Assembly: GCA_963709585.1 (NCBI GenBank)
Contig: CAVPXI010000023.1
Location: 1 to 64,000, forward strand
Length of the DNA: 64,000 bases
DNA from: Candidatus Dormiibacterota bacterium
GTDB taxonomy: Bacteria; Chloroflexota; Dormibacteria; Aeolococcales; Aeolococcaceae
Direction: 5' to 3'
A program made the position numbers and the translations under genes. Below the pieces are notes generated by a model that made no database searches, was not told the origin of the DNA, and worked only from the letters and a program-made list of their open reading frames with translations. Positions 31,108 through 41,815 of this stretch are shown piece by piece. Positions within the stretch are counted from its first letter, which is position 1; each line of letters starts with the position of its first letter.

Positions 31108-32288
31108 CCATACGCTTCGCCGAACGGCTTTCTCGACTCGGCACCGAGAGTGCATTCGAGGTGCTCGCCCACGCGCGCCTGCTCGAGGCCGAGGGACGAA
31201 GCATCGTCCATCTCGAGATCGGCGAGCCAGATTTTGCCACTCCTGACAATATCACCGACGCTGCCGTGCGCGCGATGCGCGAAGGGGCGACCCACTACAC
31301 GGCGGCGAGCGGCATCCGCGAGGTGCGCGAGAAGACCGCCGCGTACGTCACGCGCCACACCGGCGTGCCGACACAGTTCGAGAATATCGTGCTGACCCCC
31401 GGTTCGAAGAACCTGCTGCTGTTCGCACTGCTCTCGCTGATCGAGGAGGGCGACGAGGTCATCGTTCCCGACCCCGGATATCCGATCTACCGATCGCTGG
31501 TGGAGTTCATCGGCGCCCGGGCGATCTCGCTGCCGCTCCGCCAGGAGAACGACTTTCGCGCCGACGTCGAAGAGCTGGCGCGGCTGATCACCCCGCGGAC
31601 CCGGATGCTCGTGGTCAACTCGCCGCAGAACCCGACCGGGGGCATCCTCACCCGAGAGGACTGCGAGGCGATCGCGCGCCTCGCCATCGATCACGATCTG
31701 GTCGTGCTGAGCGACGAGATCTACAACCGCCTGAGCTACGACGGCGCCCACGTGTCGCTGTACGGGATCGACGGCATGGCCGAGCGGACCATCTACATGG
31801 ACGGCCTCTCCAAGGCATGGGCGATGTGCGGCTGGCGGCTCGGCTTCGGCGCGATGCCCGTGGCGATCGCGAAGAAGATGGACACGCTGATGATCAACAG
31901 CTCGTCGTGCGCGGCGGCCTTCACGCAATGGGCCGCGGTCGAGGCCTTCGACTCGCCGGAGTCCGACGCCGCCGTCGACCGCATGGTCGCCGAGTTCGGT
32001 CATCGTCGCAACCGCATCGTCGACCTCCTGAATGAGATCCCCGGCTTCAAGTGCCATCGTCCTGCGGGCGCCTTCTACGTCTTCCCGGACATCACCGCCA
32101 CCGGTTTCGGCGATCGCGAGCTGGCCACCTCGCTGCTCGACGAGGTGGGCGTCGCGGTGCTCCCCGGTCGATCCTTCGGGCCGGAGGGCGCCGGGCACAT
32201 CCGCCTCAGCTACGCGGCGTCGATCGCCAACCTGGAGGAGGCGGCGCGCCGCATCGCGCAGTACGTCGGTGCAGCGGTCCCCGGATGA
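31104..32288 (+). CDS. Class I/II PLP aminotransferase (aspartate/aromatic)
   Basis: GEPDF, NSPQNPTG, SDEIY, SKAWAMCGWRLG. Confidence 0.92.
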   Translation: MTIRFAERLSRLGTESAFEVLAHARLLEAEGRSIVHLEIGEPDFATPDNITDAAVRAMREGATHYTAASGIREVREKTAAYVTRHTGVPTQFENIVLTPGSKNLLLFALLSLIEEGDEVIVPDPGYPIYRSLVEFIGARAISLPLRQENDFRADVEELARLITPRTRMLVVNSPQNPTGGILTREDCEAIARLAIDHDLVVLSDEIYNRLSYDGAHVSLYGIDGMAERTIYMDGLSKAWAMCGWRLGFGAMPVAIAKKMDTLMINSSSCAAAFTQWAAVEAFDSPESDAAVDRMVAEFGHRRNRIVDLLNEIPGFKCHRPAGAFYVFPDITATGFGDRELATSLLDEVGVAVLPGRSFGPEGAGHIRLSYAASIANLEEAARRIAQYVGAAVPG

Positions 32289-32306
32289 CACCTCCATGGC
32301 GCGCTC

Positions 32307-33769
32307 GTGATGAACCAGCCGGTTCCCGGCCTCGAGGAGACACAGCGCCTTCTCGCTGACCACGACGGCGTCGCGGTCGTTCTCGAGCTTCCGATCGGCG
32401 AAGCGACCCCGGTTGCCGCCATGCGAGCGCTCGGGACTGATGCGAGCTGCTTCCTGCTCGAATCGGTCGAGGGAAGTGGGGCGGTGGCTCGCTGGTCGAT
32501 CCTCGGCCACCGTCCGTCGCGCGTGATCAGCGACGCCGGGGATGGTGAGGACCCGCTCGCCCTCCTCGAGCGCGACGTTGCGTCGATCCGGGTTGCCACC
32601 GCGCCAGGGGTTGGGGCCCCGCTGTTCGGCGGCGCAGTCGGCTTTCTCACCTACGAGGCGGCGGGGCGGTACGAGCGCCTCCCGGCGGCGACCCATAACC
32701 CGCTTGATCTGCCGCATCAGTGGTTTGCGATCTTCGACACCGTCGCGGTCTTCGACCATGCGCAGCATCGCCTGCTGCTCTCCAGCTGCGTCCGTCGCGA
32801 CGATCCCGAGGGAATTGATGCCGCCTACGAGCAGGCGCTCACCCGCATCGGCGAGTTGCGCGCGGCGGTGTGCTGGGCGGTTGCGGGCCGGCCTCTCGCT
32901 TGCCGGGCATTCCCGTCGACGTCGCCGCCCACGATCCCGAAGCCAATCTTTCAAGGGACGAGTACCAGGACCGGGTGCGGCGAGCGCTCGACTACATAGT
33001 GGCCGGAGACATCTTCCAGGTCCAGGTGTCGCGGCGATTCGCCGTGCCGCTGCAGGCGGATCCCTTCGACGTGTACGTCGCCCTGCGCGCCATCAACCCG
33101 AGCCCGTACATGATCTATATCGCCACGCCGGAGTGCACGCTGGTCGGTGCCTCGCCCGAGATGCTCGTCCAGGTCACGGAGAGCAGCGTCCGATATCACC
33201 CAATCGCCGGAACCCGGCGGCGGGGGCGCACACCCGAGGACGACGCGCGCATGGAGCGTGAGCTTCGATCCAGCGACAAGGAGGCGGCGGAGCACCTCAT
33301 GCTTATCGATCTCGGGCGCAACGATCTTGGACGGGTGTGCTCGACCGGCAGCGTGCGCGTCACCCAGCACATGGAGGTGGAGCGCTACTCGCACGTCATG
33401 CATCTGGTGAGCAGCATCGAAGGGACCCTCGACGAAGGCTACGGTTCGCTCGACGCGCTGCGCGCGTGCTTTCCCGCCGGGACGGTCACCGGGGCGCCGA
33501 AAATCCGTGCGATGGAGATCATCGCCGAGCTCGAGCCCGAGGTTCGCGGACCCTACGCCGGCGCGATCGGCTACGTCGGCTACGGCGGGGATCTCGACAC
33601 GGCGATCGCGCTGCGCACCATCGTGGTCCGGCAGGGCATCGCATACGTGCAGGCGGCGGCCGGCATCGTCGCCAACTCGTCGCCTCACGAGGAGACGGTC
33701 GAGATCGACAACAAGGTGGCCGCGCAGATCCTCGCGGTGGAGGAGGCGAACGCGTGGGCTCGACGCTGA
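32307..33769 (+). CDS. trpE: Anthranilate synthase component I, frameshifted near 32870
   Basis: FLLESVEG in ORF 32307; GDIFQV, INPSPYM, SPEML, HLMLIDLGRND, FPAGTVTGAPK in ORF 32870. Confidence 0.92.
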
Positions 33770-34365
33770 GCGGCCAGGTGCTGGTCATCGACAACTACGA
33801 CTCGTTCACGTTCAATCTGGTGCAGTACCTGCGCGAGCTCGGCGCGACGGTTGCCGTCGTGCGCAACGACGCGCTTTCCGTCGCCGACATCGCGCGCTTG
33901 GATCCCGCGGCGATCGTGATGTCGCCGGGACCGCGAATCCCCGAGGAAGCGGGGATCTGCGTCGACCTCATCCGCGAGCTTGGGCTGACTGTGCCGATGC
34001 TCGGCGTGTGCCTCGGCCACCAGGCAATCGGCGTCGCCTATGGCGCCAGGGTTGTCCGCGCGCCTGCCGTGGTCCACGGTAAGGTCGGCGCGGTCCACCA
34101 TGCTGGCGCCGGCGTGCTCCGCGGTGTCGAGGATCCGTTCATGGCCACCCGCTACCACTCCCTCGTGGTCTCGACCACTGGGCTACCCGGCGTTCTCGAG
34201 GCGACGGCATGGAGCGACGACGGCCTGATCATGGCCATGCGCCACCGAGACTTTGCCGTCGAGGGTGTGCAGTTCCACCCCGAGTCGGTGGGCACACCGG
34301 CCGGTCGTGCGCTGCTGCGCAACTTCCTCGACACGGCGGGCATCGCCGTCGGAGTGGGCTCGTGA
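33754..34365 (+). CDS. trpG: Anthranilate synthase component II
   Basis: IDNYDSFTFNL, SPGP, GVCLGHQ, QFHPES. Confidence 0.93.
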   Translation: MGSTLSGQVLVIDNYDSFTFNLVQYLRELGATVAVVRNDALSVADIARLDPAAIVMSPGPRIPEEAGICVDLIRELGLTVPMLGVCLGHQAIGVAYGARVVRAPAVVHGKVGAVHHAGAGVLRGVEDPFMATRYHSLVVSTTGLPGVLEATAWSDDGLIMAMRHRDFAVEGVQFHPESVGTPAGRALLRNFLDTAGIAVGVGS

Positions 34366-35158
34366 GTGCGGTGGAGGCGCGCTCAGCGCCATCGCGCGTC
34401 GCAAGCGCGCCGAGGTCGAGCAGCTCCGCTGCGTGGAGGCCACACTCTGGGCCAAGGCCGAATCGCTGCCTGCCGCGCGCGGCACGGCGGACGCGCTGCG
34501 CGGCGGCACGATCATCGCCGAGATCAAGCGCCGCTCACCGAGTGGCGGTGTCCTCCGTCCCGAGCTGGATCCAGCGGCGCTCGCGAGGGAATATGCCGCG
34601 TGCGGCGCTGCCGCCATCTCGGTGCTTACCGACGGACCCGACTTCGGGGGCTCGCTCGACGACCTCGCCCGGGTGCGCGCCGCGCTCGATATTCCGTTGC
34701 TGCGCAAGGATTTCACGCTCGATCCGGTGCAGATCGCCGAAGCCCGGGTGGCGGGCGCCGACTGGGTGCTCCTGATCGTCGCGCTGCTCGACACCGACAC
34801 CCTCGACCTCTGTCTCGCCGGTGTCGCTCGCAGCGGTGCGCACGCGATCGTCGAGGTGCACGACGTCGATGAGGCGCGCGTCGCCGTCGCCGCGGGAGCC
34901 GAGTGCGTCGGCATCAACAACCGCAACCTGAGCACGCTCGCCACCGACCTGGCGACCTTCGCCCGGGTACGTCACGCCATCCCGGAGGGCATCATCTGCA
35001 TCGCCGAGTCAGGGGTTCGCAGCCCGGCCGACGTCTTGCGCCTCGTCAACGAGGGAGCCGACGCGGTGCTCGTCGGCGAGGCGCTGATGCGCGCCCATTC
35101 CCCGGCGGACGCGTGCGCCGCGATGGTCGCCGCGGCGCACGACGCGATGCGCTCGTGA
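34362..35158 (+). CDS. trpC: Indole-3-glycerol phosphate synthase (likely GTG start is out of frame; indel near 34378)
   Basis: IAEIKRRSPS, ISVLTD, LRKDF, GINNRNL, AESG. Confidence 0.9.
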
Positions 35159-35796
35159 TCGTCAAGGTGTGCGGCGTGCGCACGGCCGAGATCGCCGAGG
35201 CGGCGATTGACGCGGGCGCCGACTGGATCGGCTTGATGCTGGTGCCGAGGAGCGCGCGGTGGGTTGACGACGATGCGGCCCTGGCGGTGATGCGGGCGGT
35301 CGGCGGCCGCGCGGATCTGATCGGCGTCTTCGTCGAGCCCAGCGCCGCCGAGTGCGAGGACGCGGCAACTCGATACCGGCTCGCCGGCGTCCAGGTGCAC
35401 GGCGACTTCGACCGCACGCTGGTTATGACCTGCTCCGTTCCGGTCATTCCTGTCTTCAACGTGGAGGACCGGGTCGCGGCGACCACCATCGACTGGGCAC
35501 CGGACACGCTGGTGATGCTCGACGGAATGCCCGACAGGGGAGCGCTCCCCGGCGGCACCGGGCACCACGTCCCCATGGGCTGGGCCGCGGATGTCGCCCG
35601 CCACCGCGAGATCCTGCTCGCCGGGGAACTCGGTCCGGACGACGTCGCGCAGGCGATCGCCACCGTGCGTCCCGCCGGCGTGGATGCGTCGAGCCGGCTG
35701 GAGCGGCGTCCCGGAGAGAAGGATCCCGAGCTCGTCCGACGCTACGTGATCGCTGCTCGATCAGCCTCGGCGACGCTGGAGGTGGAGCCGCGATGA
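35155..35796 (+). CDS. trpF: Phosphoribosylanthranilate isomerase
   Basis: VKVCGV, QVHG, GGTG, GVDASS, PGEKD. Confidence 0.92.
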   Translation: MIVKVCGVRTAEIAEAAIDAGADWIGLMLVPRSARWVDDDAALAVMRAVGGRADLIGVFVEPSAAECEDAATRYRLAGVQVHGDFDRTLVMTCSVPVIPVFNVEDRVAATTIDWAPDTLVMLDGMPDRGALPGGTGHHVPMGWAADVARHREILLAGELGPDDVAQAIATVRPAGVDASSRLERRPGEKDPELVRRYVIAARSASATLEVEPR

Positions 35797-36971
35797 GTGC
35801 GCAGACGCGCGGCCGCTTCGACGGGTATGGCGGCGCGTATGTGCCCGAGACCCTCGTGCCGGCCCTCGAGGAGCTCGACGCCGAGATGATCAGCGCCTTC
35901 GCCGACATAGCCTTCACCACCGACCTCGACCGCCGGCTCGCCGAGTTCGCCGGCCGTCCGACGCCGGTGACCCACGCCCGCCGCCTCAGCGCCGCGTCCG
36001 GGGGGGCCCAGATCTGGCTCAAGCGTGAGGACCTCCTCCACACCGGCGCGCACAAGCTGAACAATGCCCTCGGCCAGGTCCTGCTCGCCGAGCGCATGGG
36101 CAAGCGGCGGATCATCGCCGAGACGGGAGCGGGGCAGCACGGGGTTGCGACCGCGACGGCGTGCGCCGCGCTCGGCCTCGAGTGCGTTGTGTACATGGGT
36201 CGCGAGGACATGCGCCGCCAGGCGCTCAACGTCTACAAGATGGGCTTGCTCGGGGCCGAGGTCGTGCCCGTGGACAGCGGCTCGGCTACCCTCAAGGACG
36301 CCACCAACGAGGCGATCCGTGACTGGGTGGGACATGTTCGCGGCACCCATTACGTCATCGGCAGTGCCGTCGGACCGCATCCGTACCCGTCGCTGGTGCG
36401 ACGCCTGCAGCAGGTGATCGGCGACGAGGCGCGCGCGCAGATGCTCTCCCGTCTGGACCGTAAGCCTTCGGTGGTGGTGGCCTGCGTCGGCGGGGGAAGC
36501 AACGCCATCGGAATGTTCGCGGCGTTTCTCGACGACGACGTTCGCCTGATCGGTGTCGAGGCGGCGGGGCGTGGGCTCGACAGCGGCGAGCACGCGGCGC
36601 CACTCTCGCGAGGCCGTCCCGGCGTGCTCCACGGGTCGCTGAGCTACCTGATGCAGGATGACGCCGGACAGGTCCTCGCCACCCATTCGATCAGCGCCGG
36701 CCTCGACTATCCGGGGGTCGGCCCGGAGCACAGCGCGCTCCGCGACAGCGGGCGGGTCGACTATCTCACCGCCACCGACGCGGACGCCCTCGCCGCGTTC
36801 CATCAACTCTGCCTGCTCGAGGGCATCATCCCCGCCCTCGAGTCGTCGCACGCCCTGCATGTCGCCGCCAGGATCGCCGTCGATCGAGCTCCTGACGACG
36901 TGGTGCTCGTCTGCCTCAGCGGCCGCGGTGACAAGGATGTCGACACCGTGCGCGAGCACGACCCGGTATGA
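35793..36971 (+). CDS. trpB: Tryptophan synthase beta chain
   Basis: [40 protein letters not shown]. Confidence 0.97.
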   Translation: MSAQTRGRFDGYGGAYVPETLVPALEELDAEMISAFADIAFTTDLDRRLAEFAGRPTPVTHARRLSAASGGAQIWLKREDLLHTGAHKLNNALGQVLLAERMGKRRIIAETGAGQHGVATATACAALGLECVVYMGREDMRRQALNVYKMGLLGAEVVPVDSGSATLKDATNEAIRDWVGHVRGTHYVIGSAVGPHPYPSLVRRLQQVIGDEARAQMLSRLDRKPSVVVACVGGGSNAIGMFAAFLDDDVRLIGVEAAGRGLDSGEHAAPLSRGRPGVLHGSLSYLMQDDAGQVLATHSISAGLDYPGVGPEHSALRDSGRVDYLTATDADALAAFHQLCLLEGIIPALESSHALHVAARIAVDRAPDDVVLVCLSGRGDKDVDTVREHDPV

Positions 36972-37786
36972 CCGCGGCACCGGTGACGCGGTTCACCGCC
37001 GCCTTCGCCGGCCGGACGGAGGATGCGCCCCCAGGGCTCATCCCTTATTTCAGCGCCGGATATCCGCATCTCGACAGCCTCGGAGCGCTGCTGCTGTGCG
37101 CGCAGCGCAGCGGCTGCATCGCGGCCGAGGTGGGGATCCCGTTCAGCGATCCGCTGGCGGACGGACCGACGATCCAGCGCACCGGTCACGTGGCTCTGAG
37201 CAACGGGATGACCGCGGCCACAGCGCTCGCGCAGGTGCGCGCTGCGCGTACAGCCGGCGTGAGCATCCCGCTCGCGGTGATGACCTATATCAACCCGGTG
37301 CTCAGTTTCGGCATCGTCGACTTCGCGAGAGTGGCGTCGGCGGCGGGGGTCGACGGCATCATCCTTCCCGACCTCCCGCTCGACGAGGCCGCGGGCGCCA
37401 GGGAGGCGATGCACACCACCGGCGTGGCGCTGATTCCGCTGGTCGCACCCACCACCACGGCGGATCGCCTGGCGCGCATCTGCGCGACCGCCGCGGGGTT
37501 TGTCTACTGCATCGGCGTGACTGGTGTCACCGGCGCGCGGCGCACGATCGCCGGCGACGCGATCTCGCTACTCGACGCGGTGCGCGAGCTGACACCACTG
37601 CCGCGAGCACTCGGCTTCGGACTCTCGACGCACGAGCACCTGACGGCGCTGCGCGGGCACGCTGAAGCGGCCGTGGTCGGGTCCGCGCTGCTCGACGCCA
37701 TCGGCCTCGATCCCGACATCGCGGTCGCCGCCGCCGGGCGATTCCTCACCGCCATGATCGGCACTCAGATGGCGCCGGCGGGGTGA
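36968..37786 (+). CDS. trpA: Tryptophan synthase alpha chain
   Basis: [27 protein letters not shown]. Confidence 0.95.
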   Translation: MTAAPVTRFTAAFAGRTEDAPPGLIPYFSAGYPHLDSLGALLLCAQRSGCIAAEVGIPFSDPLADGPTIQRTGHVALSNGMTAATALAQVRAARTAGVSIPLAVMTYINPVLSFGIVDFARVASAAGVDGIILPDLPLDEAAGAREAMHTTGVALIPLVAPTTTADRLARICATAAGFVYCIGVTGVTGARRTIAGDAISLLDAVRELTPLPRALGFGLSTHEHLTALRGHAEAAVVGSALLDAIGLDPDIAVAAAGRFLTAMIGTQMAPAG

Positions 37787-39087
37787 CCCATGAGCGCGTC
37801 TCTCCGGCAGCTCGGGTCGACGGCGACGTCGACGTTCCCGGTGACAAGTCAATCAGCCACCGCGCCCTGATCCTTGGTGCCCTGGCGAAGGGCCGGACGT
37901 ACATCGGCAACGCGTCGCCGGCGGCGGACGTCCTTGCGACCGCCGCCTGCCTGCGCGCCTGTGGCGCCTGGGTGCGTGACTTCCCACCGGATCGGTACGC
38001 GCTCGACGGGGCAGGCGCCGGCATCAGCCTGCGCAGCCCCGACGGCGTGCTCGACTGCGCCAACTCGGGGACCACCATGCGCCTGCTCACCGGCGCGCTC
38101 GCCGGGAGCGACTGCGACGCGACCCTCGACGGCGACGCGTCGTTGCGCCGGCGTCCGATGCTGCGCGTCGCCGAACCGCTGCGCGCCATGGGGGCGGGCA
38201 TCGACGCATCGCCGCAGGGGACCGCGCCACTCCGGGTACGGGGCAGGAGCAGGCTCGAGGGGGTGACCTGGCGGTCACCGGTGGCAAGCGCGCAGGTGAA
38301 ATCGGCCATCCTGCTCGCCGGGCTCTCGGCCGACCGGCCGACCACGGTCGTCGAACCGGTGCCGAGCCGGGACCACACCGAGCGGATGCTCGGCATGTGC
38401 GGGGTCGCGGTGGTGTCGAACGGGTCCGAGGTGACCGTCCATCCCGGACCCCTCGAACCCTTCGGGCTGCGCGTCCCGGGAGACCTCAGCTCCGCCGCGT
38501 TCTTCCTCGCGCTGGCGGCGTCCCGTCCCGGCTGGCGGATTCGCTGCCGACGGGTGGGCATCAACCCCGGTCGCACGGGCATCCTGGCGGTGCTCGAGGC
38601 GATGGGCGCGGCCATCCAGGTGGAGGAGGGGGAGCCGGCCGGCGGGGTCGAGCCGGTCGGCGACGTCGAGGTGCGCGGAGCCCACCTTCACGGGGTGACG
38701 ATCTCCGGCTCGCAGACTGTGCGGTCGATCGACGAGCTCCCGATCATCGCGGTGCTCGCGAGTCAGGCCGACGGCGACACCGTGATCCGCGACGCGGGCG
38801 AGCTTCGCAACAAGGAGACCGACCGCATCGCCGTGCTCGAGACCGGCCTCCGCCTGCTCGGTGTGCCCTGCGAGAGCAGCCCGGATGGACTCATCGTCCA
38901 CGGCCCAGTGCGGCTTCGCGGCGCCCATCTCGACGCGGCCGGTGACCACCGTTTGGCCATGGCATGGGCGATCGCGGCGGCGCTGGTGCCCGAGGGTGGC
39001 GGCGACACGGTCATCGAGGGGGCTGACGCGGCTGCAGTCTCCTACCCGAGCTTCTTCACCGACCTCGCGACGCTGTTGTCCTCCTGA
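37783..39087 (+). CDS. aroA: EPSP synthase
   Basis: PGDKSISHRA, NSGTTMRL, SAQVKSA, RDHTERML, KETDRI, DHRLAM. Confidence 0.96.
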   Translation: MTHERVSPAARVDGDVDVPGDKSISHRALILGALAKGRTYIGNASPAADVLATAACLRACGAWVRDFPPDRYALDGAGAGISLRSPDGVLDCANSGTTMRLLTGALAGSDCDATLDGDASLRRRPMLRVAEPLRAMGAGIDASPQGTAPLRVRGRSRLEGVTWRSPVASAQVKSAILLAGLSADRPTTVVEPVPSRDHTERMLGMCGVAVVSNGSEVTVHPGPLEPFGLRVPGDLSSAAFFLALAASRPGWRIRCRRVGINPGRTGILAVLEAMGAAIQVEEGEPAGGVEPVGDVEVRGAHLHGVTISGSQTVRSIDELPIIAVLASQADGDTVIRDAGELRNKETDRIAVLETGLRLLGVPCESSPDGLIVHGPVRLRGAHLDAAGDHRLAMAWAIAAALVPEGGGDTVIEGADAAAVSYPSFFTDLATLLSS

Positions 39088-39091
39088 CCCG

Positions 39092-39565
39092 TCAGGGATC
39101 GAAGCTGAGCAGCAGGTGGGCGCTGTCGCGGGCCTCGACGACCTTGAGCCAGCGGACGGCGATGGTGACGGGGAGCACCTCCTGCCCCTCGACATACGCC
39201 TGGGCACCCGCGGCATGGTCGATCAGCCGGCGGACCACGTCCATGCGCAGCCCCGGATCCTCGACGACCGATGCGATGCCTCCACCCTGGATCCACCGTG
39301 AGGCATTGCCGGGTGAGCACATGAACGCGACCCGCGGATCCGCGGCGAGCTCGCGATGCAGGCGCGACCCGCCTCTGGTCGCGATCAGGAGGCGGATGCC
39401 GGTCGCGGTGCGCTCCGGCGCGAAGAAGACGCCGGCGACATGGGGACCCGCCCGACCTGTCGTGGCCAGCGCCATGGTGTCGTAGGCGCGCAGCGCCCAG
39501 AGCGCTCGCTCGAGCGCCAGCGGCGTCACCGCCCCGTCGCCATCGCGCTCTGCTTCGGATGTCAT
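39092..39565 (-). CDS. Pyridoxamine 5'-phosphate oxidase-like split-barrel protein
   Basis: MALATTG...PHVAGVFF, SRLHRELAADPRVAF, WIQGGG. Confidence 0.7.
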   Translation of the reverse strand: MTSEAERDGDGAVTPLALERALWALRAYDTMALATTGRAGPHVAGVFFAPERTATGIRLLIATRGGSRLHRELAADPRVAFMCSPGNASRWIQGGGIASVVEDPGLRMDVVRRLIDHAAGAQAYVEGQEVLPVTIAVRWLKVVEARDSAHLLLSFDP

Positions 39566-40419
39566 CGCAGCAGGCGGCTCAGACGCCGGTCCGCGAGGAC
39601 ACGTCCTCCCGTCTGGCACCGCGGGCAGTACTGAAATGAGCGGGACGCCAGCGAGACCTCGCGGACGGTCTCACCGCAGACCGGGCAGGGCAGCCCGGTG
39701 CGGCCGTGGACCTGCATCGACTGCCGCTTCCCATCCTTGAGCGACCCCGGATCCGAGTCGACGGCGAGCGCCACCGCCGCGGTCAACACGTCTCGAATCG
39801 CGGCCGCCAGGCGATCGAGCTCCTCGTCGCTGAGCGCGTCCGCATGCCGGAAGGGCGAGAGCTGCGCGGCGTGCAGGATCTCGTCGGAGTAGGCGTTCCC
39901 GATGCCGGCGATCACCGACTGGTCGGCGAGCACGCTCTTGAGCGTTCCCCGCTGATCGCGGAGCAGGCTGCCCAGCATCGGCGGCGACAAGCCCGGGTCG
40001 AGCGCATCGATCCCGAGTCGGGCCACCCCAGGGACGTCGCCGGGATCGCTGACGATCGAGACCGCAAGGCGCTTGTCCGTCCCGTGCTCGGTGATCTCGA
40101 GGCTGCCGCCGTCCTCGAGGGTCACGATCACCGCAAGCGGGCCCCGAAGCGATGGCCGCGCGTTGGTGGGTTTGTCACGAAGCCGGATCCATCCCCCACG
40201 GGCGAGATGCACGACCAGGTGCAGGGGTGGAACCGCGAAATCGAGGAACTTGCCCCGACGGACGCAGCCGCCGAAGACCAGGCCCTCGAGCGCGGTCGCC
40301 GGCGGGTCGAACGTCTTGAGCACCGCGACCGAGCGCACGGCGACACGCGACACCACACGTCCACGGAGCCGGGTGTCGAACGACCGGCACAGCGCTTCGA
40401 CCTCGGGCAATTCAGGCAT
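39562..40419 (-). CDS. Fpg/Nei family DNA glycosylase
   Basis: MPELPEVE, RRGKFL, GIGNAYSDEIL, CPVC...CPRCQ zinc finger. Confidence 0.93.
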   Translation of the reverse strand: MPELPEVEALCRSFDTRLRGRVVSRVAVRSVAVLKTFDPPATALEGLVFGGCVRRGKFLDFAVPPLHLVVHLARGGWIRLRDKPTNARPSLRGPLAVIVTLEDGGSLEITEHGTDKRLAVSIVSDPGDVPGVARLGIDALDPGLSPPMLGSLLRDQRGTLKSVLADQSVIAGIGNAYSDEILHAAQLSPFRHADALSDEELDRLAAAIRDVLTAAVALAVDSDPGSLKDGKRQSMQVHGRTGLPCPVCGETVREVSLASRSFQYCPRCQTGGRVLADRRLSRLLR

Positions 40420-40432
40420 CGCGGATGAAAGA

Positions 40433-41143
40433 ATGCGCTCGGTGCTGAGAAGCGTGGCTGGACCGCGTGCCGTCGGGCCGCGGCGGAGCCGTGCGCACGG
40501 GGCGGAGGACGTCCTCTGCGTGCCCCGGTCGACCATCTTTCCGGACGGCGCCTGGCACGGCTTGATCGCGCGCGGACTGGAGCGCGTGCTGCGGACGGTC
40601 CACGCGACATCGGAATACAGGCCTCGCGCGGAGATCGAGGACGATCCTGAGCTGCAGCAGATCATCCCGTACTGCGTGGTGCACCACGCTCACAACGACA
40701 CCTATCTGCTCACCCGCCGCCTTCGACGCTCGAGTGAAAAACGCCTTCACCATCTTTACTCGCTGGGGATCGGCGGACACGTGAACCCTGGCGACGGGGA
40801 GGCCGAGGACCCGGTGGTCGGCGGCCTGCGCCGGGAATGGGCCGAGGAGATCCGCTGCGAGGCGCCGGCGCGGGCCAGCCTCGTGGCTCTCCTCAACGAC
40901 GATTCGAGCCCGGTTTCGCGCGTCCACCTCGGCCTCGTGTTCCTCGTGGAACCCGCCGACGGCGTCGTCGAGGTGCGCGAGGTCGAGAAGCTGGAAGGGG
41001 AGTCGCTGTCGCTCGAGGCGATGCGGCGCCACTACCTGAGCATGGAGTCCTGGTCTCAGCTCGTCTTCGACGACCTCGTTGCCGGCGCGCGGACGCGAGT
41101 GGAGAAGAGCCCGCTGATCGTCGACCTCGACCCCGAGCCATGA
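40433..41143 (+). CDS. NUDIX-family phosphoesterase (YmaB-like)
   Basis: QQIIPY, EKRLH, SLGIGGHVN, GLRREWAEE, VHLG, ESWS. Confidence 0.8.
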   Translation: MRSVLRSVAGPRAVGPRRSRAHGAEDVLCVPRSTIFPDGAWHGLIARGLERVLRTVHATSEYRPRAEIEDDPELQQIIPYCVVHHAHNDTYLLTRRLRRSSEKRLHHLYSLGIGGHVNPGDGEAEDPVVGGLRREWAEEIRCEAPARASLVALLNDDSSPVSRVHLGLVFLVEPADGVVEVREVEKLEGESLSLEAMRRHYLSMESWSQLVFDDLVAGARTRVEKSPLIVDLDPEP

Positions 41144-41505
41144 CCCGCGCGGTCCCCTCGCACCCGGAGTTCTTTCTCGCGCCCCAGGATCTCGCGGCCT
41201 GGTTCGAGGCGAATCCAGCAGCAGCGGAGTTGTGGGTGGGATTCTGGAAGAAGGGCTTTGAGCGCCCGGGCATCTCCTACGCGGATGCCGTCGACGAGGC
41301 GTTGTGCAACGGCTGGATCGACAGCGTCATCCGGCGCGTCGACGAGGCGAGTTACATGCTCCGCTTCACCCCGAGACGCCCGAGGAGCAACTGGACGGAT
41401 GCCAACCTCCGCCGTGTCGAGGAGCTGCGCGCGGCGGGCCGTCTGCACGCCGGCGGGGAGCGCGCGGTCGCGGCACATGCAGCTGCGGGGCGCGCCAAGC
41501 GGTGA
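41140..41505 (+). CDS. YdeI/OmpD-associated family protein
   Basis: LWVGFWKK, AVDEALCNGWIDS, FTPRRPRSNW. Confidence 0.85.
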   Translation: MTRAVPSHPEFFLAPQDLAAWFEANPAAAELWVGFWKKGFERPGISYADAVDEALCNGWIDSVIRRVDEASYMLRFTPRRPRSNWTDANLRRVEELRAAGRLHAGGERAVAAHAAAGRAKR

Positions 41506-41527
41506 CCCTCCGTATACTCGGCCCTCA

Positions 41528-41815
41528 ATGACAACCACGGTTCGCGTTCCTGGACCGCTGCGCCGGCTTACCGGCGGCAACGCCGAGGTGATTGTCGAGG
41601 GCGACACCGTCGGTGCGGTGCTCACCAACCTCGAAGCCACCTATCCTGGCTTCCACGATCGTCTCTACGACGACTCCGGAAGCCTGCGGCAGTTCATCAA
41701 CATCTATGTCAATGACTCCGATATCCGCTTCGCCCAGGGCCTCGAAACCGCCATCGCCGAACGCGACGAGGTATCGATCGTCCCCGCCGTTGCCGGAGGT
41801 GGCGGTCGCCGCTGA
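41528..41815 (+). CDS. MoaD/ThiS/CysO-like ubiquitin-fold sulfur carrier
   Basis: VRVPGPLR, FINIYVNDSDIRF, IVPAVAGG followed by GGRR. Confidence 0.9.
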   Translation: MTTTVRVPGPLRRLTGGNAEVIVEGDTVGAVLTNLEATYPGFHDRLYDDSGSLRQFINIYVNDSDIRFAQGLETAIAERDEVSIVPAVAGGGGRR

